DNA from: Chiloscyllium plagiosum | Lineage: Eukaryota | DNA length: 48,024 nucleotides | Assembly: GCF_004010195.1 (NCBI RefSeq) | Contig: NC_057753.1 | Span: forward strand, 6,025,961 to 6,073,984 | Direction: 5' to 3' | Shown: piece after piece, positions 25,348-35,879 of the stretch | Layout of the letters: each line of letters opens with the position of its first letter | Position numbering within the stretch: position 1 is the first letter of the stretch | The notes under the pieces: generated by a model | What the model was told of the DNA's origin: nothing | Database searches by the model: none | Seen by the model: only the letters and a program-made list of their open reading frames with translations | Made by a program: the position numbers and the translations under genes

Positions 25348-25822
25348 AAGGGTTTACGAGGATGTTGCCTGCTATGGAAGGTGCTAGCTATGAGGAGAGA
25401 TTGTGTAGGTTAGGTTAATTTTCACTAGAAAAAAAGGAGATTGAGGGGGGACCTGATTGAGGTTTACAAAATCATGAAGGGTATAGACAGGGTGAATAGA
25501 AACGAGCTTTTTCCCAGGGTGAAGGATTCAATAACGAGAGGTCATGATTTCAAGCTGAGAGGTGCAAAGTTTAAGGGGGATACACGCGGTAAGTACTTCC
25601 CACAGAGGGTGGTGGGCGTTTGGAATACTTGCCAGCAGAGGTGGTAGAAGCAGGCACGGTAGATTCATTTAAGATGTGTGTGGACAGATGCATGAGTAGG
25701 TGGGGAGCAGAGGGATACAAATGCTTATGAATTGACCGACAAGTTTAGACAGTTCATTCGGATCGGCTCAGGCTTGGAGGGCCGAAGGGCCTGTTCCTGG
25801 CCTGTAGACTTTCTTTGTTGTT
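25348..25822 (+). mobile_element. Young CR1 3' fragment in the GPCR intron, same subfamily as 2095-2899
   Basis: RGDLIEVYKIMKGIDRV...TRGHDFKL; close nucleotide similarity to about 2415-2885, including the 3' UTR. Confidence 0.92.
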
Positions 25823-26139
25823 GGCTAGAGTACCATCTACTACTCTTTCTTAATTGCTTTGGAGGAAACCTTAGTGAGCGGCTACCTTGAAGCATTGGAT
25901 TCCACTTTGTTTTGATACATTCAAAGTAATGTTCAGGACAGCCTTCTCGAACCATAACCATACACCGGCATAGTTTGAAGTTAGGATTCTCTATGGTTAG
26001 AGAAGGGCCTTGCAGTTTATATTTCGTATTCAACTACTGCATTTCCTCTTTTTGTTGACTTTGTTTGAAGGTGTAGAACAGGCTAAAGTAACTTATTGAT
26101 TAGTTACCCTTGCAGAGGGTAGCCATTTCTAATATTGTG

Positions 26140-26392
26140 GAGAAAGTGAGGTCTGCAGATGCTGGAGATCAGAGATGGAAATGTGTTGCTGGAAAAGCGC
26201 AGCAGGTCAGGCAGCATCTAGGGAACAGGAGAATCGACGTTTCGGGCATTAGCCCTTCTTCAGGAAACTTTCAAAACGTATCACGCGGTATCTGGTTTCC
26301 TGCAGAAGGGCTAATGCCTGAAACGTCGATTCTCCTGTTCCCTAGATGCTGCCTGACCTGCTGCGCTTTTCCAGCAACACATTTCCATTTCT
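26140..26392. mobile_element. Penelope-like fold-back element (inverted pseudo-LTR pair) with 17-bp TSD and hammerhead motif
   Basis: Arms 26171-26268 and 26295-26392 are reverse complements with 3 differences. The direct repeat ccatttctaatattgtg lies at 26123-26139 and 26385-26401. The minus strand of the left arm reads CTGAAGA-a-gggc-taat-gccc-GAAACGTC. Confidence 0.9.
26234..26263 (-). ncRNA. Minimal hammerhead ribozyme motif (Penelope type)
   Basis: CUGAAGA core, perfect stem II GGGC-UAAU-GCCC, then GAAAC and GUC. Stems I and III are very short, so activity is unproven. Confidence 0.6.
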
Positions 26393-26934
26393 AATATTGT
26401 GCGTACATTATATTAATGCTGGATAGAGAATGTGTTAGCTTGTATGCTAATCAATCTGCTTATTATGAAGATTCTAAATTCATTTGCTAACAAATGTCTT
26501 TAGAAACTGTATCATTCAGATTTATGCCTACATCTGTCAGTGCTTTTTTTTCTGATATATTGAAATTCATGTTTTGGGACATATCTTACACTGTGTGGGG
26601 AATAATCAGTGATTTATTGAATCCATGATGAATTTATTAATGGTTTCTAAATCGTTTGAAGTTTTCATATTATCATGCATTTTCTTGTCTACATGAGTTT
26701 AAATATGATTTTCATTTCTCTGTTGTATTCAGTCCGTTAAGTTTCACCTTAGTTATTTCTATATTTCCTAATGCTGCAACTGAAAGCTATCAAACATCAG
26801 TGTAAGAATTTGTTTTTTTTTTAGCCCAGTGAATGAGGCTCTGTATGATTTGTAGAAACTTTATGTAATACAGATCGCATATAATACTTCATCGTGAAAT
26901 CTATTCTCAACTGTTTGTCTCTTTACTTTCACAG

Positions 26935-27836
26935 TTAATGTTGTAGCAGTTGTGATCCTCTACAGAGGAATGTGTGGTCTTTCAAAACGTATTACGCGGT
27001 ATCTGGTATCTATGGCAATTACAGATCTTCTGGTCATTATCACTGCTGTGATATTAAACCGCATTCCTGGTATTTATTTTCCAGGGAGTTTTCTGTCCAT
27101 TACTCCCGTGTGTAGTGTGAGCACTACATTGATTTATGTCTCCAGAGACAGTTCTGTGTGGCTAACAGTCACTTTCAGCTTTGACCGATTTGTAGCCATA
27201 TGTTATCATAAGGTAATGATAAAATATTTCACCGAAAAAACAGCAACTTTGGTAATAGTAATAGTCTGTGTCCTGAGTTGTTTAAAAAATGTCCCCTGGT
27301 ATTTTATTCATGAACCTATCTACACAATTGGTAGCACCCCATGGTATTGCCGATTAAAAGGTATACGCTATACTTCAGTTGAATGGAGAGTATTTGATTG
27401 GTCTGACCGTATTTTAACTCCATGTCTCCCATTTCTTCTGATACTTCTGTTCAATGCTTTCACTGTCAGGCATATTCTTGCAGCCAGTAGAGCCCGAAAA
27501 AGACTCATGATCCACAAAAAAGAATGCAACAAAAGTGATCCCGAGATGGAGAGCAGGAGAAAGTCCATCGTTTTACTTTTTGCCATCTCTGGCAGTTTCA
27601 TCCTGTTGTGGCTGACATACATTGTACACTTTATGTATGAACAATTTACAACTGACAAACAAGTCAATGGTTTCACCGACCCCAAATTCATTTTTCGTGA
27701 ATGTGCAAATATGCTTCAGCTTTTGAGCTGTTGTATAAACACTTTTATTTATGCCGTGACTCAGAGTAAATTCAGGGATCAATTAATTAACATGTTCCGA
27801 AGTCCACTGACTCAAATGGGTAACTTGCTCAAATAA
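26935..27836 (+). CDS. Exon 2 of a class A (rhodopsin-like) 7TM GPCR, probable G-protein coupled receptor 139-like; spliced product 323 aa
   Basis: A polypyrimidine tract and acceptor (tttgtctctttactttcacag|) end at 26934, followed by an open frame to TAA at 27836. Motifs: TM1 N, TM2 MAITDLL, TM3 Cys (PVCS) and FDRF (DRY variant), ECL2 WYC, basic ICL3 (ESRRKSIVLL), TM7 NTFIY (NPxxY variant), helix 8 (SKFRDQL). No stops or frameshifts. Confidence 0.93.
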
Positions 27837-28365
27837 GGAATGAAAAAAACATTCACCAATATCTCATTGAGTATCCCTAGTCGACATTAGATATTGAAAA
27901 CAAAAGATTTGTCTTTTCTCGCTAGTTTGTGTTCAATTGATATTTATGCATTGATTGACTATGCAAATAGGTACTGCGATCGTGCAACACGTTTTATGAA
28001 ATATTCCTGTACCATAAACAAAACAAAAAGAATGTTTAGTGTCATTTGCTCTGACTGCACCACAGAAAGAAACGTTGCAACTGCCTAGCAGGAGATGTTC
28101 CGTGAAAATGACGTGGCCGTTACATTGCCTAACAAATTACAATCCCAAAATCAATAGCATGAGATTTGGTGACAATTAACATCCGAATGTGAAGATATTT
28201 TCATGAGCTTTGCAAACCTTTGGGGGATTGTCTCTTCTACAGACGAGAATGCTTCGAAGATCATTATTCCAAAGACCATCAAGCTGTTTTATCCCGTGAC
28301 AATCGAAGAGGTGTCTCTATTCTACGTTTGTGTATGCATCAACAATTTTTATTTACATAATCTGA

Positions 28366-28427
28366 AATAAAGATAACAAGTCAGTCTTAACTAGACGCTA
28401 TGTAATGTGTGTTGCTTGAGAAATAAA
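28366..28427 (+). promoter_or_regulatory. Candidate polyadenylation signals of the GPCR gene
   Basis: AATAAA at 28366-28371 and 28422-28427, about 530-590 nt after the stop codon. The region is AT-rich, so a chance occurrence is possible. Confidence 0.35.
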
Positions 28428-28485
28428 CATTCGAAACGCACCATTCAGGATGGATGGAACTTAAAATATGCCTGAAACCAATGAA

Positions 28486-28590
28486 CGTAGAAAGTAGAAC
28501 ATTACAGTGCAGTCCAGGCCCTTCAGCCCTCAATGTTGTGCCGATCTATGAAACCAATCAGAAGCCCATCTAACCGATACTATTCCACAC
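28486..28590 (-). mobile_element. Short CR1 3'-tail fragment
   Basis: gtagaacattacagtgcagtccaggcccttcagccctcaatgttgtgccga, matching the tails at about 6635 and 20735. Confidence 0.8.
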
Positions 28591-28720
28591 GCAGTTAATC
28601 ACGGTTCGTATTTATTTTTTCATTTTATCATATAAATGACAGACTTAAATTCAAAGGGTTTCCTATTTTACAGAGAAGTTAACATGCCTAGCGTCTTTCA
28701 TGAAAGTACTCCAGGGACAG

Positions 28721-29045
28721 AGAATCATAGAATCCCTGCAGAGTTGAAACATGCCATTCGGTCCACAATCTTCAGAAGAGCTTCCCACTCACCCCTCTAC
28801 CCAGACCCTTTCTCTGTCGCCTTGCATTTCCCATGGAAAATCCATCTACCCTGCAACATTCATGGACAGTATGGGCAATTTAATATTATCAATTCACCTA
28901 ACATGCACATTGTCGACTGGGGGCGGAAACCTGAAGGAAACCCAGGTAGAATGTGCAAACCCCATACAGGTAGTCGCCCGCGGATGGAACTAAAACTGAG
29001 TACCTGATGCGGTGAGGCCATATGGCTAACCATCGTGCTGTGTCC
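28721..29045 (-). mobile_element. Decayed HE1-like SINE
   Basis: atcatagaatccctgc tail, aattcacctaacatgcacatt core, gaatgtgcaaaccccatacag...gtcgccc head region. Confidence 0.75.
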
Positions 29046-30526
29046 TGCTGGTCACACAGAGAATAATGCATTATTCAATCACTAACTGATATCTTTTCTG
29101 ATGTATAAGAACATTTTCATAATCGTGATTGAACAGCTTTAATATTTCTGTGTACTATTATTAATAATTGACGCAATTGACAATTTCATAATGACCTCTC
29201 AGACAGAAAAACAGTGGATAATAACATTAAGGATCTTAGGTACAATTATCACTCAGGAAATCAAAAACAAATGTGTGATCAAATTCCACACATTCTGAGT
29301 TAATAGAATCCTTAACCATTAGGTAATGATTTAGTGTTTTCTGGAGAACGTGGAAAATTTGCATTTCATATGTTAAGGATGGAAAACTGGAAATTATTAT
29401 CTACATCGTGGTAAAATATTAAATCCTAGCGACTTTTATAATGGAAGGTCAATTTTACACTATTCCGTTAACAAGAGGTCAGATTGCCTGTAATAGATTA
29501 AGTGCTTGAAGAACACCATTTACATTGATACAGTGTGTCGGACAATATCATGTACACTCACTGAAACAGAGCCGAGTGAACATTAAATAAGAAATACGGA
29601 GTTTATTGATGAAAGTGAGCCGTGTGACAAAGTGACCTCGGATATATTCTGTAAACACTTAGGAATAAACATGTCAGTGATAATGAGAAATCCAAGTTGT
29701 CTGTTTAATTTTATAATCCATATACATATTTTGGACATGGCCTGGATACATTAAAACCATGCTTTGTCAGTTCGAAGTAGAGATTGGCAGTTAAGCTGCA
29801 GTTTCACTTCATAAAAGTCCATTATTAGTAGCAGAAGAGTAACAACTACCAATGAGATGAGGAAATCAAGGCCTCGTACAGGTCGGGTGAATCTCCTTCT
29901 TTCTTCGCCAAATGGAAAAGAAACGAAAATGAGCAGGATTGAGGTGAAAGATCTACAAAGATCCAATGACAGGATGTGAAAGAAGACAGGCTGAGATAGA
30001 TCCTGAACCATCCCCATCCATTACTAACTTCCTCTGCCTGGCCAAACTCCACTACACTTTGAACACCTTTGCCATTAACTCCTCTCACATTTTTCGGATC
30101 AAAGCTATGACCATGGGAAACCGCACGGCCCCAAATTATGACTGTCTGTTTGTTGGGAACATACTCTGCTCCATTCCTATTCAGGTCCCTCCCACAACTC
30201 TTTCACAGGTACACCGATGACATCATTGGTGCTATTTCCCTCTACTGCAAAAATAATGATGAATTTTGTTTGCAGTTTTCATCTGCTCTCACCTTCACCT
30301 CGTTTATCCCTGATTTCTTCCACCACATCCTCAACATCTCCATTTTCATTACTGGGTATAGGCTGGTCACTGATATACACGACTCTCCTACAGATTGCAC
30401 AGTCACCTTAACTGTACACCTTACACCCTGCCCCCATTGCATTCTTCCAGTTTCTCTGTCGCCGTTTCACCAGTTAAACGATGCTATCTTCTACAAGGAG
30501 GCCTTCAATATTTCAAACTTCTTCCT

Positions 30527-31228
30527 TGTTATGTACCAGACCAGACACGCTGCACCCGCCAAAGTGAACAAAATACATTAAGAAGGTAGCCTAGACTCAA
30601 ACTTCTTTATTTATTGAAAAGGATAGTGGTTAAGGCAACATGTTCGAAATGTAAACGGATTGAATAAATCCAGAATGCTTTAAGCAAAACACACTTTATT
30701 CCAACATCACAGTTAAAATACAACTGGAAAGCAGAATGGGCATAACTTTAGCTTTATTAAAATAGTTAACAAGATATTATATGATTTAACCACTAATAAA
30801 CAAGTGTTGTAATATAAGCACCGTCCTCCAAAGGCACACTTGGCAAGGCAACTTAGCCAAACATTTTTTATTCCCAGCTGCTGACTTTCTCCAAAGCAAT
30901 TGAAAAAAAAAAACTACTAGGAAAAGAAAGTCCACCTCTTTATTTCTGAGAGGAAAGACGTTCTAAGTTTTCACTAGCAGCAGCAAGAGAGAGTTCTGCC
31001 TATTTACTCCAGGAGTTAGCTTACTCAAAAATCGAACTGAAAGCAAAACCTAACATCCTTCAGTTCTCTCCGAGCCTGACTCCACCATGCTTCTTTAGCC
31101 TCATTAAAAAATAACACTGGCGCGAATTATTCTGCTGTCCTGGAACAGACACCTCTCCACAGGGTGACAACACATTTCTGCGAGAGACACAGGACCAATC
31201 ATAGTCTGAAATGCATAGTCTCTTCATT
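30527..31228 (-). mobile_element. Solo-LTR-like insertion within the Penelope RT
   Basis: Begins with TG (tgttatg) exactly where RT similarity stops. Its reverse complement shares gtctaggctaccttcttaa with the LTR at 38843-39396. The right boundary is uncertain. Confidence 0.55.
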
Positions 31229-31699
31229 TCCCCAAGCAAGTATTTGCCACCAATTGGTAGACAGAGCCAGCCATGTTCACTCCACATCCGGCAATTCTTC
31301 CCTCATCCCTGCTCTTCTCTCTGACAAAGCTAATAGTGCCTCCATTGTCCTAACATGCAGGCCCAGCATCAGACACGCCCAAAGGATCATTTGTCACCAT
31401 TTATGCTCTTCTACTCACCCACTTCTACCCTCACCTCACTTGTGAGCTTCCTACAGGTACTGTTACCTCCAGGACAGCTTCGCTCTGTCTTCCTCCACTC
31501 CCAACGCTCCCTCACACTTCCGTGGTACTTTGCCATTCAATCTGAGACATTGTAATACCTGTATAATGATTTCCTCCCTACTCATTTCCAACGCCCAGAA
31601 GAATGCTCCAGGTGAAGCCTTGACGTAGCTGCACTTCACTCAAACGGCTCCATTGCATCCATCACTCAAACATGTCTTCATAGATTTGGAGATGCATAA

Positions 31700-32500
31700 A
31701 CTGCAGAAAGAGTTTTTCGGCCCATTGAGTCTGTATTGACATAAATACCAACAAAAGTGCGTTCATGCCAATTTCCTGCACCAGTCCCATGTCCTTCAAT
31801 GTTATGATATTTGAAGTGCTCATTCTTTTTTTTAAAGGTTATAGGGTTTCTAGCCTCCACTACCTTCCCAGGCAGACCATTCCAAATTCCCAGCACCAGC
31901 TGTGTTAAAAAAAAACTTATTTCCCAAATCTCCTCTGAATCGTCTGTTTCTTATCTTAAAGCTATGCCGTCTCGTGAATGATCTTTCAACAAAGAGGATT
32001 TTGAACATACCTTTAATCATCTTATACCTCTCAATCATGTCTCCTTGCAGTCTTCTCTGCTCTAAAGAAAACAATGTAAGCCTATCTAGTCCTGCGTTAC
32101 AGCTCAATTTCTCAATACAGGGCAACATCGCCGTGGATCTCATCTGTGCCCCCTTCAGTATTATCACATCCTTCCTGTAGTGAGGTGACCAGAACTGCAC
32201 ACAGTACTCCCGTTATCGCCTGATGAAAGCCAGGTTTGTCCAACATTACCTCCTTGTTTTTATATTCTATGCCATGACTGATGAAACCAAGTTCCCCATA
32301 TGCCTTCTTAATTGTCCTATTCGCCTGCTTTGCTGACTTCAGGGATCTGTGAATAATTACCTCAAGATACATCTGTTCCTGTAAGCTACCAGCATCCCGC
32401 CATTGAAAAATAATCCATCATCTTGTTTCTTCTTCCAAAATGCATCAACTCACACTTGTCATGGCTCATTGCCATCTGCGACTGCTCTGCCCATCTGAAA
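31700..32500 (-). mobile_element. CR1 LINE 3' portion
   Basis: QFWSPHYRKDVIIL...LFSLEQRRLQGDMIERYK; KCELMHFGRRN. Confidence 0.88.
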
Positions 32501-33149
32501 AATCCACTCCTTTCTATTTTAGAAATGAAACACAGACTGAGCAAACATTTTCCAAGACACTTATGTTGTGACCATGACCCATTCCTTTGTCTGCTGAAGG
32601 GCAGTTCTGTCTCTCTGGGCTCCATCTCCACATATTATTTATTCCCTTCCTCCTAGCACTCGATTTTCAGCAGATGTGAAACATTTTCCTTCTGAAAACA
32701 GTTCTGAAGAAGCGACCTAAAATGTTACAACTTCTTCTCTTCATCAATGCTGCCAGAGCTGATGAGTTCCTCCAGTCATTTTGTTTCGGTTTCAGATATC
32801 CAGCAACTGCAGATTTTTTTTTCACCTATTCAGTGAATTTTTTTTCTCCCCCGGATGTCCTTGTCAATGATTTTCCCCAGTCCAAATCACAAAACAGATT
32901 CTTTACTATCTCTGACATTGTTGGTCGTTTGAGCGGTTGCAAATCCCACAGTTACCAAAACTACAGACAGTGTGCTTCATGAGGTTTTACTGTTTGAAAA
33001 CTTTGTTGTCGGTGGAGTTTAACTTTCATGGGCAGACAAAGGAAAGGAGGAATACATTTTAGGGCCACTTGGTAAAGTTTGCGATAGTACGAAGGAGAAA
33101 GCTCGTGAAAAACAGCGGAGGATGGTGCAACGAAAATAAAAGCATCACA

Positions 33150-33285
33150 TTACTGAAGAAAGGACACTGGACTCGAAACGTTAACTCTTTCTTAGCTTCA
33201 CAGATGATGCTATATCCGTCATGTTTCTCCAGCAAATTCTATTTTTCTTTCGGATTTCCAGTGTCAACACTATTTTGTTTCATTC
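33150..33285 (+). mobile_element. Solitary Penelope-like pseudo-LTR fragment with degenerate hammerhead motif
   Basis: CTGAAGA-aaggacactggactc-GAAACGTTaactc, followed by cacagatgatgct...tttctccagcaaattct...gatttccag. Confidence 0.65.
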
Positions 33286-33720
33286 TCACCGAAATGAGAA
33301 GAATTCAGCGAGGCAGGAATGGCGGCCTGGAGATCAGCCTTTCGAAAGGGCTGGTGATGTCAACACCAGGCCAAAGTGATCTCAGCAGTGGGTGCTCGAG
33401 TTGTACAATGGCTGCTTCGATCAAACCGAGAGCATGTTCAATGAAAGGAAACCAGATTAGGCATTAAAGCTGATCTCAGAAACAGGGGAGTGCTGATCGT
33501 ATCTATAAATTTGATGTTATCCAAAATCTGTTGCCCATGTCTTCACTCACAAGTCCAGATCCACTGTCACCCCTGTGATCACTAAACAACACTGGCTTTA
33601 GTCAAGGAAAGTCTTAATTAAAAGTTGTCATTCTTATTCTCAAGTACACTCCCTGTCCTTGGCCCATTGTCAGTGTTAAAGAGAGAACTGAATTCAGATG
33701 AATTGGCAGGTTTTGGAACA

Positions 33721-34347
33721 CTCCAGTTTCAGATTCTGCCTCGACTCCCAGCTCCACCCACACCAGATCCCAGCTCCCAGCCCTGCCGAGTTTTCACCAT
33801 CCCTCCAGACCTCCCCCTCACTGAGGACGAACGATCAGTCCTCAGCAAAGGACTCCCCTTCATCCCCCTCCGTCCACGCATCAATGAAATTAATACACGC
33901 CGTGAAGTCGAACACTTCTTCCGCCGCCTCCGCCTCCGAGCTTACTTTCACAATCAGGACTCCCGCCCACCTTCCGAGGACCCCTTCGCCCACCTCCAAC
34001 ACACTGCATCCACCTGGACACCCCGCGCTGGCCTATTACCTGCCCTCGACCTCTTCATTTCCACCTGCCGCCGGGACATTAACCGCCTCAACCTGTCGAC
34101 CCCTCTCCCCCACTCCAACCTCTCACCCTCACAACGCACAGCCCTCCAATCCCTCTACTCCAATCCCAACCTCACCATCAAGCCAACGGATAAAGGGGGC
34201 AGTGGTAGTCTGGCGCACTGACCTCTACACCGCTGAAGCCAAACGCCAACTCGAGGACACCTCTTCCTACTGCCCCCTCGACCATGACCCCACCCCCCAT
34301 CACCAAACCATCATCTCCCAGACCATACAGAACCTCATCACCTCAGG
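33721..34347 (+). mobile_element. Young internal fragment of a Penelope-like ORF (N-terminal/pre-RT region) flanked by a 14-bp direct repeat
   Basis: ERSVLSKGLPFIP...FFRRLRLRAYF...SNLS...TIKPTDKGG/AVVVW (PLE DKG motif, one frameshift at about 34200). C-rich with CpGs retained. caggttttggaaca occurs at 33707-33720 and 34344-34357. Confidence 0.9.
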
Positions 34348-35184
34348 TTTTGGAACAAGCCAGATGGCACTGACGGGAGGAGAGGTTTCTTAATTTGATG
34401 AAGCATTTTGTGATTGCATTGTTTGACTGATTTATCGATGAGGTTCCTCAATACACCAGTGAAGTGTGATGTATACAATAACGAGATATTTCGACGTGGC
34501 CTCTTTCTATGGTTTAGTTGTAGTCACGTTTGAGTTCCAACCATGTTTTAATCGTTATAACAGTGTGCAGCTACATAGTGAAGTGAATATAAAGTGACCA
34601 TGTATTCAATCACTGACTTCTATTAAATATTAACTGAATAAAACATCTGACAGTTGCGTGGCACTTTGATTTCTGCTCAACAGTTTTGCCCACAATTAAA
34701 CCTGAATGAATCTGTTCGACTTGCATCTATTTCCAGCTCTGATGATTCAGAAAGTTCCACTCAAACATATACTTTATGCCGAAATGCTGCTGATTGGGGA
34801 AGATGATTAAAAGTTATTAAAAAAGTCCCCCTCCCTAAAAATAAACAAGTTGTGAGACACATTTCAGGAGGGGAAACAAACTTATCACTGAGTATGTCTT
34901 CACAGCTTCATTCAGTGAGATAAAGACAAGCAGCAAGATTGGATAAGCATATGGATGATAATGGAATAGCATAGTTTCGATGAGCTTTACCATTTCTTTC
35001 ACAGGTCAGCACAACGAAGGGGGGTTGAAGGGCCTATAATGTTCTATGCTCTACCCCATCCTGATACCCTCCCAAAAGGACGAGTATGCAGTTTTCCCGA
35101 CTCATGCAAACAGCCATTTACCAAATCATGCGATTAACGGTTTCAAATAGAGTCCCACTTTTGTCATATAGTCACTCCCTCGGA

Positions 35185-35830
35185 CATAGAGTCATGAAGT
35201 CATAGAGATGTATAGCATGGAGAAAGAAAAACGTCCATACCGACCAGATATCCGAACCTAAACTACTCCCATTTTCCAGCACTTGGCCCATATCCTTCTA
35301 AACCCTTCCTATTCATACACCCATCTAAATGTCTTTGAAAAGCTACAATTGTACCTGCCTCCACCACTCTCTCTGGTAGCTGATTCCACACAAGCACCAC
35401 ACTCTGCGTGAAAAGGTTGCCCCTTATGTCCATCTAAACCCATGTCCTCTAGTTTTGAACCCCCCCCCCCCCCCCAGCCCGGCAAAATACATTGTCTATT
35501 TGTCCTATCCATGCCCCTCATCATCTTATAAACCCTTATAAGGTCATCCCTTAGCCTCAGATGTTCCAGTGATGACAGCCCCAACCTATTTAGCCTCTCA
35601 CTATTGCTCAAACCTTCCAACACTGGCAACACCCTATACCCTTTCAAGTGTCTCAAAATCATTCGATAGGAAGATCAAAATTGCACACAATATTCCAAAA
35701 GTGTTCTAACCAACGTCCTTTACAGCCGCAACATGACCTTTCAACTCCTGTACTCAATACTTCACTATCTTCACTATCCTATCTACCTGCAACTCTACTG
35801 TCAAGGCACTATGAACCTATATTCTTGTTC
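35185..35830 (-). mobile_element. CR1 LINE 3' portion
   Basis: ERLNRLGLSSLEHLRLRDDLIRVYKMMRGMDR; tail catagagtcatgaagtcatagag. Confidence 0.85.
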
Positions 35831-35879
35831 TCTGTATAATTTTATAAGGACCACGGCATGTTCTAACACACCGCCTCCA

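Larger units (their letters stand above)
29950..32830 (+). mobile_element. Decayed Penelope-like element (RT, GIY-YIG endonuclease remnant, 3' pseudo-LTR) split by an LTR and a CR1
   Basis: IKAMTMGNRTAPNYDCLFVG and FHRYTDDIIG (PLE RT motifs G..MG...P.YA.LF and RY.DD). The element resumes at about 31229, has a degenerate GIY-YIG stretch at about 31610-31700, and a terminal repeat ttctgaagaag...atgctgccagagctgatgagtt...gtttcagatatccagca at about 32700-32820. Confidence 0.75.

Noticed and set aside
26103..26123. 8-bp mini-hairpin (gttaccct-tgcag-agggtagc) next to the TSD
   Set aside because: Short enough to occur by chance, and no equivalent was seen at the 33707 insertion site.
26171..26392. 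CRISPR-like repeat-spacer-repeat reading
   Set aside because: The repeats are inverted, about 98 bp long and retroelement-derived, there is a single unit, and there are no cas genes. The context is eukaryotic.
26110..26394. 94-aa ORF over the intronic hairpin
   Set aside because: It lies within a repeat-derived palindrome, starts at TTG and has no protein-family features.
26952..26954. ORF-track start of the 294-aa GPCR ORF
   Set aside because: The codon is GTG (Val) inside exon 2. The frame extends to the splice acceptor at 26934/26935 and the real start is probably ATG 25037.
27368..27782. Antisense ORFs overlapping the GPCR
   Set aside because: Shadow frames of the real CDS with no independent support.
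35459..35475. Poly-C run as a G-quadruplex or regulatory site
   Set aside because: A homopolymer expansion inside a CR1 3' fragment.
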